In this document: in pieces, positions 38,701 to 50,369 of the stretch
Layout: every line of letters starts with the position of its first letter
Numbering within the stretch: the first letter of the stretch is position 1
Assembly: GCF_009834535.1 (NCBI RefSeq)
Contig: NC_045696.1
Coordinates: 120,962,001-121,026,000, forward strand
Source: Camelus ferus
Taxonomy: Eukaryota
Length of the DNA: 64,000 nt
Direction of reading: 5' to 3'
Made by a program: the position numbers and the translations under genes
The notes under the pieces: model-generated
Told to the model about the DNA's origin: nothing
The model's database searches: none
What the model saw: the letters and a program-made list of their open reading frames with translations, nothing else

Positions 38701-39316
38701 AGGGCCTTATCAGGATCCCAGCTGACGGGTCTGACCGAGAGCATCCTTTTCCTGGGACAGTGTAATTGCTTCTCTTTTTCCCCAATGTGGATTTGCAACA
38801 GCTGTGTCCGAGCTCAGGCAGCCACTGCTGGGTTCCTGCATGATCACGCTCTGTCACTGCCGCCCAGCAAGGGGGGATCTGGCGTGCCGCTTCGGGGCGT
38901 CTGCTGCACGGCCGGCTTCAGGGTGTGAGGAAATTAAAGCTATTTGTCACAGACCATTTCTCTTCCATGACAGGAGAAAGGAGCCGTAGCCTAACAAGGC
39001 CTCAAATTGGGCCAGGCTCCAAAAACCGCAGGGTTTGACAAACACAGCTTGAGCAGACTTACATTTCTTTAGACTTTGCCCTCTGACAATGCGCCCATCT
39101 CTGAGCTGCACCAAGTCTGTGGTGCTGGCTTAGGAAACACTGGGAAGGGGTTCGCCCAGCCTGTCTCCTGACTTAGGCACGTGGGGCAGGATGGCGCTTT
39201 CCTGGCCACTTCGCTCCTTCCCAGGAGGGGTCCTTGGTAAAGAGACCAAGGCTGGGCACAGAGAGCATGTTACGGGAGGTGGGACTCAATATTTAGCAAG
39301 AGAAAAGCTTGTGGGG

Positions 39317-39514
39317 TAGAGCGTTGGTGTGATCTGGCCCCCTGCCTGCTTTTGTAAATGAAGTTTTATCGGAACACAGCCACACTTCTTTGTTTATATA
39401 TCATCTGTGTCTGCTTTAAGACTACAGAGTTGGGTAGTTGTGATGGGGACTGTAGAACCTCCAGACCCACCGTTTTTCTCTCCAGCCTTTGCACAACAAG
39501 TGTGTTAACCCCTA
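39317..39514. mobile_element. MER58A (hAT-Charlie)
   Basis: ctggccccctgcctgcttttgtaaatgaagttttatcggaacacagccac...agttgggtagttgtgatggggac. Confidence 0.8.
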
Positions 39515-42081
39515 GTGTCAAGGGTCCCTCAGGGCTGCTGGAGAGGGCCTGGGTGGAGCCAGTGGACTGCAAGGTGGGTGGGCAGAGAAGAGGGTGGGAG
39601 GTGCCCATGGTCCCTCAGCCTGGCAGCAGGGGAGCAGAGGGAGGAGCCATTCCTCATCACCCATTTGAGTTGGGTACTACGTGGATTTTTGAGAAGCAAT
39701 TCTATTTAAAATACCATTAGAAATGTTAACCTGGTGTCTATTTGTGATTGTCTAATATTTATTATCTTCCTGATGTTGAGCATTACAGACAGGCAAAACT
39801 ACACTATGTTAAATGTCAGTAACTCACATTTGTTGGGTACATACCACGTGCACAGCACTCAGCATCCTTTGTACTCTGTAATGGTCACAGCAGTCCTGTG
39901 GGATTGGTACTGTCATCCCCATTTTATAGATGAGAAAACTGACATGCAGAAAGTTTAAATAACACCTCATGTTTTGAAGCTGATGTTAAGAGTCTTGATT
40001 TAAATGCAGGTCTTTTTGATGCCAAAGCCAGCATTCTAAACCAGTGTTTTTCTTATTGGGAGCTAAGAAATCAGTATAGCAAGTGGCAACTCGGTTTTAA
40101 AAAAAATAGAATGCAAAATACCAGAGCGTGTCATACATAGGATGGGCAAATCTCGACGCATGAAACTTTTGTTTCAACTACAAAGATACTTATATATGTA
40201 CACAAATGCAAGCACATTTCTGTGGACTGGGCAACAGTGGAAATGATATTTCTTACTCTGTCATAGTCAAATTTGAAAGCAGATATTCTTGCCTGAAGGT
40301 GGGGTGTAGAGAGAAAGAGGGAGGAAATACGAGAGAGTCAATGAATGACTGACTGTCAAGAACCTGGAGAGACTCAGGGAGAGTCGCAGGGGAGGCAGGA
40401 GAGGCAGGAAGGCAGGTGGCTCCATCCACCCAGCACTCAGCAAGCACGCGCCCCTACTTGAGGGCAAAACTGAAGACCTGAGTGTCCTCTGGGCAGACTT
40501 CGGCTTTTACATGCTTCTCTTGCCGCGATCCTTTTGTCACACTGAGTGGGAGTCAAATAAAGATTTTCATAAAACATGGCCCCCGTATACAAGTAATATA
40601 TTCTATCTGGTGCTCAACTGAAATTAGCTGATCTGAAGGGAAAGCAGGCTGGATTGGAGTCACCAGGAGAAACTGCGAGATCCCCAGTGAGCCCCTCTCA
40701 AGGGATTGGCAAGGGCAGGTGTGAGTATGTGTGATTGTGTCTTTTGAACTGACCAGTTTTGATGCCATGGCACTTCCTCTTGTGTTACAGATAGCAGGGG
40801 ATTTCTACATCCACTAAATATTTCATTTTTCAAGGGATTCTGGATTCCTTGAATGAAAAGTCCATTTTTACAGATGTGGAAACTGAGTGAACATTTGTAT
40901 AAAGTTTCCCTGCATACGGATGCTTTTGTAAGAATCACACGATTGAATCTCCTTGGCTACCCTGTTAGGCTCTCCTTAGGTCAGCTTCACTGGAGAAGTT
41001 AGAGCTCAGCAAGTTCAAAGCCCTCACCTGAGTTTCTCATCGAACAAGTGGCAGAGCTAGATTCAGACTTCCCTTCTCTGACCCCAAATTCCGTATTTTC
41101 CCCACTAGACATAAAGTAGCAACAATGGGATGAACAACAGTGCTCTGTGTTATAATTTAGAAGAATAATTTTGTTTATAAGTCAGAGTATGGTGCAAAGC
41201 CTAAAATGTCCACGGTTTTAAGGAGGTGGGCGTCATTATGTAATTTCCTCCCCTCCTCCAGAAGCTTTCTCTGCTCCGAGGCCCCCGTCTGCAAACTGGA
41301 AGGGATATCACTGTGCTTTTTTGTGATCCATCCTTGGCCTTTGTTGGTTGAAGACAATTACAAGCACCAGTTATATTTTTCGTTACTAATAATATTGCAT
41401 CAGGTAACTTAGGTAGCCACTTCTTGGCATCAGCTTAACTTGGTGGCCTTTTCCTTTTGTTTGTTTGTTTCTTTAAATAAATGCTGTGTATTGATGTGAG
41501 TAAAGAGGGCCCCAGAGTGAACTACATCTCCAAAGCCTCCGTAGCCTGTTAGAGAATGACAGCGTTTTCCTCAGTTTGCCAAAATGCTGTTACTATGTAT
41601 TTGCCTGTTCTCCCCAGTAATATTTTCTTTAAAAAAAAAAAAAAAAAAAAACCCGGGAATAGTGCTGACATAACTGTGTCTGCAAAAACTTCATGTGGGT
41701 ATGAAAGAGGGTCCTGCAGCCAAGGCATCCTACCCTGCTTGTGCTCCCAAACCCCCTCATTTGTAATGAGGATTCATGCCTTTGAGTGTAAAGACTTTGA
41801 AAGAAGACATTTCTTCTTGTTTAATGGTTTAATTCTTCCACTTTCAAAATGTGGTTTCAAATAGAGTCATCCCCCCTTTCCTCCACTGGTTTACTGAGTT
41901 TGCTGAGTCTTTATTCCATTCAACTAGATGCGTTCAGAAACCAGAGATCCAGCTCCACACTCCATGAGACCTTTGTCAGTGCAAACAAGACACACATCTC
42001 TGGGAGAACATGGAGGACTTCTAGACTCATGATAGTTTTCATGACTGGTGGGACCTGGTTCTTGTTTATTCTTTATTTCAG

Positions 42082-42243
42082 AGATCCCAGAAGACCCACT
42101 TGTGGCCGAAGAGTATTACGCTGATGCCTTTGACTCCTGTTCTGAAGAAAGTGAGGAAGAGGAAGAAAATACAGTGTTCTCGGCAGGGGGAGGAAGAGGT
42201 CAAGGATGAGGAACCCCAGCCTGCGTACAGGACAAACCAACAG
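42082..42243 (+). CDS. NEK11: NEK11 coding exon (162 nt as assembled, 161 expected): (E)IPEDPLVAEEYYADAFDSCSEESEEEEENTVFSAG [+1 G] EEEVKDEEPQPAYRTNQQ
   Basis: Acceptor ctttatttcag|AG and donor CAG|gtacgt. The two halves match NEK11 in different frames, separated by a 5-G run at 42186-42190 (see findings). Confidence 0.93.
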
Positions 42244-43709
42244 GTACGTGCCACTCCCGGCAGAAGTGGTGGTGCTGTCTGAGGTGTGGATCAGCCTGTG
42301 CCTTCCCAGAGGGTCAGGGAAGTCTTAGAACCCAGGTAGGGCATGGGGAAAAGGGTTGTTATCCAGGCTCCACATGATGAGTCTGGATTTCCAAGGCCCA
42401 GGGGCAGGCAGGGTCCTCTGGAATTCTGAGATTCTGGTCTGGACCATGTTGATGAACGAAGGGCTGGAGCACCCAGTACTTATTAGGTAAGAGGATGACA
42501 CATATTACACTGTCTGCACACTGAGGAGCACCCCACGTACAGCTGCCAAATAATCATTGCAAATGTCTCTTTAGAAGAGAAGAGGAGATTTTTAAAATAT
42601 TCTTTCTGCCTGGTAATCAGATATGTGAGTCATGTCCCAATGCACAAATTAACATGGGGGGTGAGGCCCAAAGATCCTGGGCTTAGGAGACAGTCTTTCT
42701 GGCTCCTCCAAGCCTCTGAGGCCCCCCCTTACATACAGTGCTGCAGCCGTGGATTCTGTAATCCTGGACCACAGGCTGAGAAGAAGCCCTGCACGTGATT
42801 TCGCTGTTGGGCATCTGCAGAAGAGGGAACAGCAAGAGTTATGTGAGGATGAAGCAGATGGCTTTGGACAACTTATGTTCAGGTATCTGATTTCCTTCTT
42901 AGGCCATAACCTGATCATCTTCCCAGTCCTAAACTTCCGTAAGGCACAGTAGCATTTTACTAACTGGGAACCATTATGCTTGTAAGATAAAAGTCAATCA
43001 AGGGGTGCTTATGTCAATGGAGGCTTAATTCAGGAGGATTCACTGAAGGTTGTACACAATCCACTCAGTCATCTTTAATGAAGACTAAGTAGTGCATCAT
43101 AATATTCAGTGAATAAAACAGATAAGAAATGTTCTCAAATTCTCCATAAGAAAAGGAGAGAGAGGCAGGGAGAAAGGAATAGCTGGGTGTGGATATGGGG
43201 CTGAGCAGAAAGGGATGAAAGAAAGAGAAAGCATGAGAGAGAGAAACCAAGAGAGAAGCACATGAAGAGGGCAACAAACAAATATTGAGACAAATGCAGA
43301 GTCAAGGCAGGGGTGACTGAGCATGCCAAAATAAAGCCCTTTCCTTACACCATTTCCTCGTTTCTCCAGTGGGCTCTGGTGAACGGCAACACCTCCCACC
43401 ACACACTGAAAATACCACTTCCATTTGCTTCTGTGCTGCTGTCCTAGCCAACTGAGACAAATATTACTGCAATATTACAGAGCCTTCATTCTCTGCCTAC
43501 GGTTGCAAAACACACAATATACAAAATGCATACTCCACTTTTGTCCAAAACATGGACATTACTTTAAAATTTTTTAAATAAAATAAACCTGACTTCAGAA
43601 AACCAAATGAGTAAAATATATGGCAAACACCTCCCAGGTCTTAAAATAGAACTTTGCTGGCCACTCCAGAAGTTCTGTCTTTGTGGTACTTGTTAAAACA
43701 TAGGTTTGT

Positions 43710-44722
43710 ATGCAACTGACAGGGGCTTAATTTCTGGATATATCAATAGCTCATACAGCTCAGTAACAAAAAACCAAATAGCCCAAAAATGGGCAGAAGA
43801 CCTAAACAAGCATTTCTCCAATAAAGATATACAGATGGCAAATTGGCACATGAAAAAATGCTTGCTATCACTAATTATCAGAGAAATGCAAATCAAAACT
43901 ACAATGAGGTATCACCTCACACCAGTCAGAATGGCCATCATTCANNNNNNNNNNNNNNNNNNNNNNNNNNNNNNNNNNNNNNNNNNNNNNNNNNNNNNNN
44001 NNNNNNNNNNNNNNNNNNNNNNNNNNNNNNNNNNNNNNNNNNNNNNNNNNNNNNNNNNNNNNNNNNNNNNNNNNNNNNNNNNNNNNNNNNNNNNNNNNNN
44101 NNNNNNNNNNNNNNNNNNNNNNNNNNNNNNNATTCAAAGAGATTCATGCACCCCAATGTTCATANNNNNNNNNNNNNNNNNNNNNNNNNNNNNNNNNNNN
44201 NNNNNNNNNNNNNNNNNNNNNNNNNNNNNNNNNNNNNNNNNNNNNNNNNNNNNNNNNNNNNNNNNNNNNNNNNNNNNNNNNNNNNNNNNNNNNNNNNNNN
44301 NNNNNNNNNNNNNNNNNNNNNNNNNNNNNNNNNNNNNNNNNNNNNNNNNNNNNNNNNNNNNNNNNNNNNNNNTGATATCACCCATATGTGGAATCTTTAA
44401 AAAAAAAAAAAAGACACAAATGAACTTATGCACAAAACAGAAAAAGAACCACAGACATAGAACACAAACTTATGGTTACCAGGCCGGGAAGGGGGTAGGA
44501 AGGGATAAATTGGGAGTTGGGATTTGCAGATACTAACTACTATATATAAAATAGATAACAAGAGCCTACTGTATAGCACAGGGAACTATATCCAATATCT
44601 TATAGTAACCTATAATGAAAAAGAATATGAAAAGTTATATGCATATATATATAAATGAATCATTGTGCTGTACACCAGAAGTTAACACAACATTGTAAGT
44701 CAACTATACTTCAATTTAAAAA
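43710..44722 (+). mobile_element. Young 5'-truncated L1 (tail type 1) inserted in an old L1; two N blocks
   Basis: ORF2 motifs [13 protein letters not shown] and [17 protein letters not shown]. The 3' UTR ends caactatacttcaatttaaaaa. Candidate TSD agaacttt at 43648-43655 and 44723-44730. Confidence 0.9.
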
Positions 44723-45027
44723 AGAACTTTCACAAATATCAACAAAAAGACAACCTAGTTTTTCAAATGGAGAGGGACTTGAACAGCCCCCTCTCCAGAC
44801 AAGACATACAAATGGTCAACAAGCACATAGGAAGATGTGTACCAAGAAGAAAGAAACCCACAAGATGGAATTTCGTCAGAGGAAAGCACAGCCACCCACG
44901 GAAAGAGCTGTCAATGGCCAAAGCAGGACTGAACTGAGCAACCAAAGCCTGTACTGATGGATTATAACCAAAGCTTAAAGTCACTGTCCAGGTGGGGTGT
45001 CCACACTGGTAAAAATCAGTGATTACA

Positions 45028-46882
45028 TAATACAGAGGAATGAGTAAGTGACCTAGAAAACAGGACAACAGAAAGCACCCAATCAGAACAGCTGAGAGAA
45101 AAACAAATAAAAAACAATGAAAACAATATAAGGGACCTAAGGGATAATATAAAGCATGCCAATCTATGCATAATAGGGGTTCCAGAAGGGGAAGAAAGAG
45201 CAAAGATGATTGAAAAAGTATTGGAAGAAATCATGACTGAAAACTTCCCAAAACTAAAGGAATCAGATATCGAAGTACAGGAGGCTCAGAGGGTCCCAAA
45301 AAGGAAGAACCCAAACAGACCCACACTAAGACATATCACAATCAAGATGACCAGAGTCAAGGATAAAGAAATAATCCTAAAGGCAGCAAGAGAAAAACAA
45401 AGAGTGAGTTACAAGGGGACCCCCCATAAGGCTCTCAGCTGATTTCTCTACACAAGCACTACAGGCCAGAAGGGAGTAGCAAGATATATTCAAAGTCCTG
45501 AATGAAAAAAAGATGCAGCCTAGGATACTCTATCCAGCAAGGCTATCCTTTAGAATAGGATGAGAGATAAAGAACTTCACAGACAAGCAAAAACTAAAAG
45601 AGTTTAGCCACACTAAACCCATGCTAAAAGAAATATTGACAGGTCTACTCTAAATAGAAAAGAAGCAGGATGCTACAAAAATGATAAACTCATAACTGGA
45701 AAGGAGATAACTGCCATGAATTACGAAAAGAATAAACACAAAATTGTAAAAGAAGACATCTAAATCATTAAGAGTGGGAGAGGGAAGCAAGGAAAACCAC
45801 TGTGGAAAACAGTATGGAGATTCCTCAAAAGACTAGGAATAGACTTACCATATGACCCAGCAATCCCACTCCTGGGCATATATCCAGAAGGAACCCTACT
45901 TCAGGANNNNNNNNNNNNNNNNNNNNNNNNNNNNNNNNNNNNNNNNNNNNNNNNNNNNNNNNNNNNNNNNNNNNNNNNNNNNNNNNNNNNNNNNNNNNNN
46001 NNNNNNNNNNNNNNNNNNNNNNNNNNNNNNNNNNNNNNNNNNNNNNNNNNNNNNNNNNNNCCATTTGCAGCAACATGTATGTTCCTGGAGAATGTCATTC
46101 CAAGTGAAGTAAGCCAGAAAGAGAAAGAAAAATACCATATGAGATTGTTTATATGAGAAATCTGAAAGCAAAACAAAACAAAACAAAACAAAACATAAAT
46201 ACAAAACAGAAACAGACTCACAGACATAGAATACAAACTTGTGGTTGCCAAGGGGGCGGGGGGTGGGAAGGGACAGACTGAGATTTTAAAATGCAGAATA
46301 GATAAACAAGATTATACTGTATAGCACAGGGAAATATATACAAGATCTTGTGGTAGCTCATAGAGGAAAAAAAATGTGACAATGAATATATGTATGTTCA
46401 TGTATGACTGAAAAATTGTGCTCTACACTAGAATTTGACACAACATTGTAAAATAACTATTACTCAATAAAAAAATGTAAAATAAAAAAATATTTGATAA
46501 AGGAAAAACTCTAACAGTATCAATTTCTCCCTAGTAGGCAGCCATTCTCTGGAATATATTGGCGTCACAACTCAGTTGATCCTTAATTTTAGATAATCTC
46601 ATAAATTATTTTTTGTGATTTTTCTACTATATTACCCATCCCCAGCAGTGTATTTCAAAGGATCTTACTTTGATGAAAAGAAAAAAAAGATTTGTAAGGC
46701 ATAAGTTAGTACTTCTGTCAAGTTTTTTGAGTTATATATCATCTTGAAGATCTTAAAAATCTATACCCTCTAAATGTTCCATGACCATGTTTATCTTGCC
46801 TGGGCTCTGTCTGACTGAAGATACTTTGCTGAATAGCCAAGCTATAAACCACATTTCATTAAATTTAAGATACTAAAAAAAA
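45028..46882 (+). mobile_element. TSD-bounded L1-derived insertion: 5'-truncated ORF1, spacer, last ~100 codons of ORF2, type-2 3' UTR, then a 3' transduction
   Basis: 17-bp TSD aaaaatcagtgattaca (45011-45027 and 46883-46899). ORF1 motifs IIGVPEGEER, EIMTENFPKL, VQEAQRVP, ILKAAREKQ; ORF1 stop at 45651-45653. ORF2 C-terminal ccactgtggaaaacagtatggag starts at 45797. Two A-tails (~46471-46490 and 46875-46887). Confidence 0.9.
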
Positions 46883-47189
46883 AAAAATCAGTGATTACAC
46901 AGTGTGAAAAAAAAACAGCAACAAAGTTTAAAAGGTTCACCAGAGAGCAAGAGGAAATAGGGATGTGAGCCAAGTAGTGATTTTCCTCCGAGCTGGTAAA
47001 TGTGACTGGGACCTATGGACGTTTCAGGTTCTCTCTCTAGGCCTACTCCATGTTTTTTGTGTGGTTTATTTTTCCTTCCTGGTTTACTTTTCCCCCCTTT
47101 GAATTGTGTTAAATTTAGAGTTTCTTTAGGATTAAAATAAACCACATGAAAGTTCTCGGTGTGGGGAAGGAAAAAAAAAAAAGAACATA

Positions 47190-47420
47190 GGGTTGGAAAT
47201 CAAGCCACCTGCATGAGTCTAGCCCTTGTCCCTGGCAGGCTGTGGGACCTTGTGCAAGCTACTAAATCCCACTGTGCTTCAGTTTTCTAAACTGTAAAAT
47301 AGGAGGATAATGGTTCCTACCTCACAGAATACTTTTGGGGATTGAATGAAGTAATCAATATAAAGTCCTGAGAATAGTGCCCAGTATTTAATAAAGTAAT
47401 TAGTAATGAGATATTAGCTG
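47190..47420 (+). mobile_element. MIR
   Basis: tgtgggaccttgtgcaagctactaaatcccactgtgcttcagttttctaaactgtaaaataggaggataat...cctacctcacag. Confidence 0.75.
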
Positions 47421-49272
47421 TTATTATGGTAAAGCTATATAGCCATCCTTTGGCCTTCTTATAATACTTTCAAAACCCTTCGGTGCTGAAGTGAGATTTT
47501 ACCACTGCAGCATAAGGAACATCCCTTCTTACTCACTAGGGCAACTATGAACATTGGCAGCAGTTTTGCTCTCCGGACTGTGCCTTGCAGCCTGTGATGT
47601 GATGGATCGTGATTGATTTTGAGTCACTGTGAGGGCAAGGTGCTGAGGCCTCTCACATACGTGTTGGTGTTTTGTCTCACAAAACCCTGTTGAGCGGTTA
47701 TCCCCATCACTGTTTTCCAGATGAGGAAGCCGAGTTTCCGAGAGAGAAGTAGCCTGCCCACAGCCGTGCACTGGGGAAGGGCCAGAACCCTGCCTCAGGC
47801 CCAGTCGCTCACATTTCCAAGCCCAGTTTCTTCGAGTGCGGAAGGTGCCTCCCCCCAGAAGGGACCTAGCGTAACAGAGTCAGGAGGGGAGTGTCGAGAC
47901 AGGTAGTTCCAGCCCCCTTTGTCTTCCTAGTAAATCGATACAATCTCCCCCTCCCCAAAGGTGGAGGTGTGGGGTTGTGATGGGTGCTTCCCCTTCTCTT
48001 TGTAGACTATTTTGTTAGCACGGCACAGATTACAGTTACAGAGCCCGTGTGGAGGCCCAGCCCCTGCTGGCTTTGTGAACTGGGTGACAGCTGCACTCAC
48101 CTCTGGGCTTCACCTCTTCTCCCCTGCCCCCAGTCCTGCCCTTGACCTGAGCGCCCAAGGCCTACTTAGCGACCGTCATACCCACGGCTGTTCCGTGGGT
48201 CATCGGGGCAGAGCTGATTCCCTCTTCCTTCGGGTGGTGCAAAAGTCACATGGTTTCTATTTCAATGGAAGGAGAGCTTACAAACAAACCCAGCCGTGGG
48301 CTTCCCTGGCATTGATTGCGGAGTCCCGCCTGTGACGGTCTTGCCAGCAGCAGCCTCTCCTCTCCACCGCCCTTCTGTGAATCACCTGCTTGTTTCTCCG
48401 CTTCGATAGGCAGAGTGTGCCTGCCCCTTTGTCTCCAGCCCTTGTCACACTGCTGATCGCTCCTCTATGAGGGCTGTGGTCACTGAATTGGAACCAGCCT
48501 CTCAGGTCTCAGGAGAATGGGCTTCATAGCTGTCATCACAACAGGGTTCTCAACAGTATCTGGGGCCCTGTCACTGAAAAGCGTTCGTGTACTCTGGTGG
48601 ACACGTTTTAGGGTCGTGGACTGCAGGTGTTTTTGTAGACCCTTATCTGTCCCTTGCTGCCTTGACCATCATTTCCCTCTCCCCGACTAATCAGTGTCTG
48701 TGGGCACCAGTGTCGCACATACGAGGCATGTACCATTAAGACAGGACACCTCAGGAGAGGCTCTGCCGTGTGGTGAATGCGTCTTTCATTGACACTTGTT
48801 TAGAGAAGGCTCATAGGTCTGTGGGGTTTGTCCTTGTTAAGATGAAGAGCTGTAGAGAACCTGTTTCCCCAGCAAATTCTGAAGTTTTCAATATATTTTC
48901 ACCAAATCCTCCAATGATTATGAAATTTTCTCTGCACAGGAAAGTATTAGAAAAAAGCAATAATGATCTTGGAATGGTGCCACAGGGGCAGAGAAATAAT
49001 TTCAGGGGAGGCCAGGCCTAAGACTACCCTGAGGACTCTTGAATCAGATTCTCTTGGGAATAGGTGCCTCTGGCAGTGTCTTCTGTTAGTGGAGCCATTC
49101 ATTTAATCAAATCATAATTATTATAACAATAGCAGATAACATTTCCACACCTTTGTTCTGTGCCCAGTATTTTCTAAGCTGTGTCAGTTTAGGTCCTCTG
49201 GGAAGCAGATGACAAGATGGAATCAGGAATGAAAGAGAAATGCCTATGACATAGGCAGGGAGAGCCTCCAAC

Positions 49273-49620
49273 TGTTGCCAAAACTCAGTGTCCATGCCCT
49301 GACTACCAAATTGAGACTCAAGGATAGAGTTTTGGATGAAGTAGAAAAGGCAGCTGTATTTCTTTGCCAGGCAAAGGAGGTCACAGTGGGGTACTGCCTC
49401 CAAGACTGTGAGCCTGCTGGGGAGAGAAGGCCGGGGGCTTTATAGTAAAAGGTCAGGGGTTCAGGGGTGGAGCTGGCTGACATAGAGATCGCATACAGGG
49501 TGACAGATTGTTGCAGTTGTTTCTGTAGGGGCAGCAGCCCCCTTCCTTCTGCTGGGTATGAAGTTCACCTCTCGCTTTGGAACTCATTCTAATATTCTTG
49601 TGCCTGGAATAAATGTGTTT
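49273..49620 (-). mobile_element. Probable cetartiodactyl ERV LTR fragment inserted in an MLT1
   Basis: tgttgccaaaactcag...gatagagttttggatgaagtagaaaaggcagct...ctttgccaggcaaagg resembles an antisense LTR U5/R region. The right boundary and TSD were not found. Confidence 0.45.
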
Positions 49621-50273
49621 AGGAAGGGGATCTGTGGAAAAGTGCTCTAGAAAAACTTGCACAGTTTAAAGTCAGGTTGGTAAATGCTTCTAACTGTTTA
49701 GGCACAATGAGGCCTAGGACCTCTTGCTGCAGTGGGACCTGCACCTCAAACAACAGAATACAAAGAAACAAGGGACTAAAAATAACTGCCTGCGTGTATA
49801 TTTGGGGTGAGTTATGAACAACAAGATATAGAAAACAGAAGCCCAACTGCCATTTCTAAGGTGCTGGGGGCAAAGGCAGGGCACTGGGCATGATCCCCGC
49901 ACACAGCACCATGTGGGGGTTGGGTGGACCCCCCGAACTCCCTCCCCTCCAGCCCAACCCTGATCACCAAGAGCAGGAGAAAAGCCATTTAAACTATTAT
50001 ACAGTTAAGCAGTTAGAAATACCGTATGGTCACGGATGACAGTAGGGTCTTCCGGGGTTACACAGTTGTGATGCTGGCCTGCATCTTTGAGGGGATGGGT
50101 GGGAGGGAAGAAAGGAGGGTTAGGTGAGGGAATCAGCCTGCAGGGCTTTGTGGGAAAGCCTTGGCTGCACCAGGGGGAGCCCCGGGCAAAGACTGCCCAT
50201 TAGAGGAGCCCCAGTGGGGTGGAGATGGCCTGGTTCTGGTACACCCACCATGTTTGCAGCATGGGGAGCTGCC

Positions 50274-50369
50274 CAGGAGGGGCGTGGCCTTGGCGTGACG
50301 CTGCAGTGACTCGGAAGGGGCTGCGAGGGGGGCAACCAGCTCCCTGTACAACCTGCAGCAGCCCCGTGG
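50274..50369 (+). repeat. Left arm of a ~97-bp inverted repeat
   Basis: About 90% identical (roughly 10 differences by manual alignment) to the reverse complement of 51548-51644. Confidence 0.92.

Larger units (their letters stand above)
2544..46060. other. Nine N-runs: 2544-2672, 2714-2866, 4611-4780, 16672-16815, 17051-17223, 27747-27846, 43945-44131, 44165-44372, 45907-46060
   Basis: Read directly from the sequence. All lie within or abut young L1 3' segments; one is exactly 100 N. Confidence 0.97.

Noticed and set aside
42084-42243. Rescue of the frameshift by the alternative cagAG acceptor 2 nt downstream
   Set aside because: It would put the conserved IPEDPLVAEEYY half out of frame, and 1 + 160 nt is still not a multiple of 3.
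43706-44536. 276-aa ORF as an intact protein
   Set aside because: It is an L1 ORF2 C-terminus plus 3' UTR that appears open only because N blocks hide stops.
46251-46272. G-quadruplex motif ggggggcggggggtgggaaggg
   Set aside because: It is the standard G-rich tract of the L1 3' UTR, not locus-specific.
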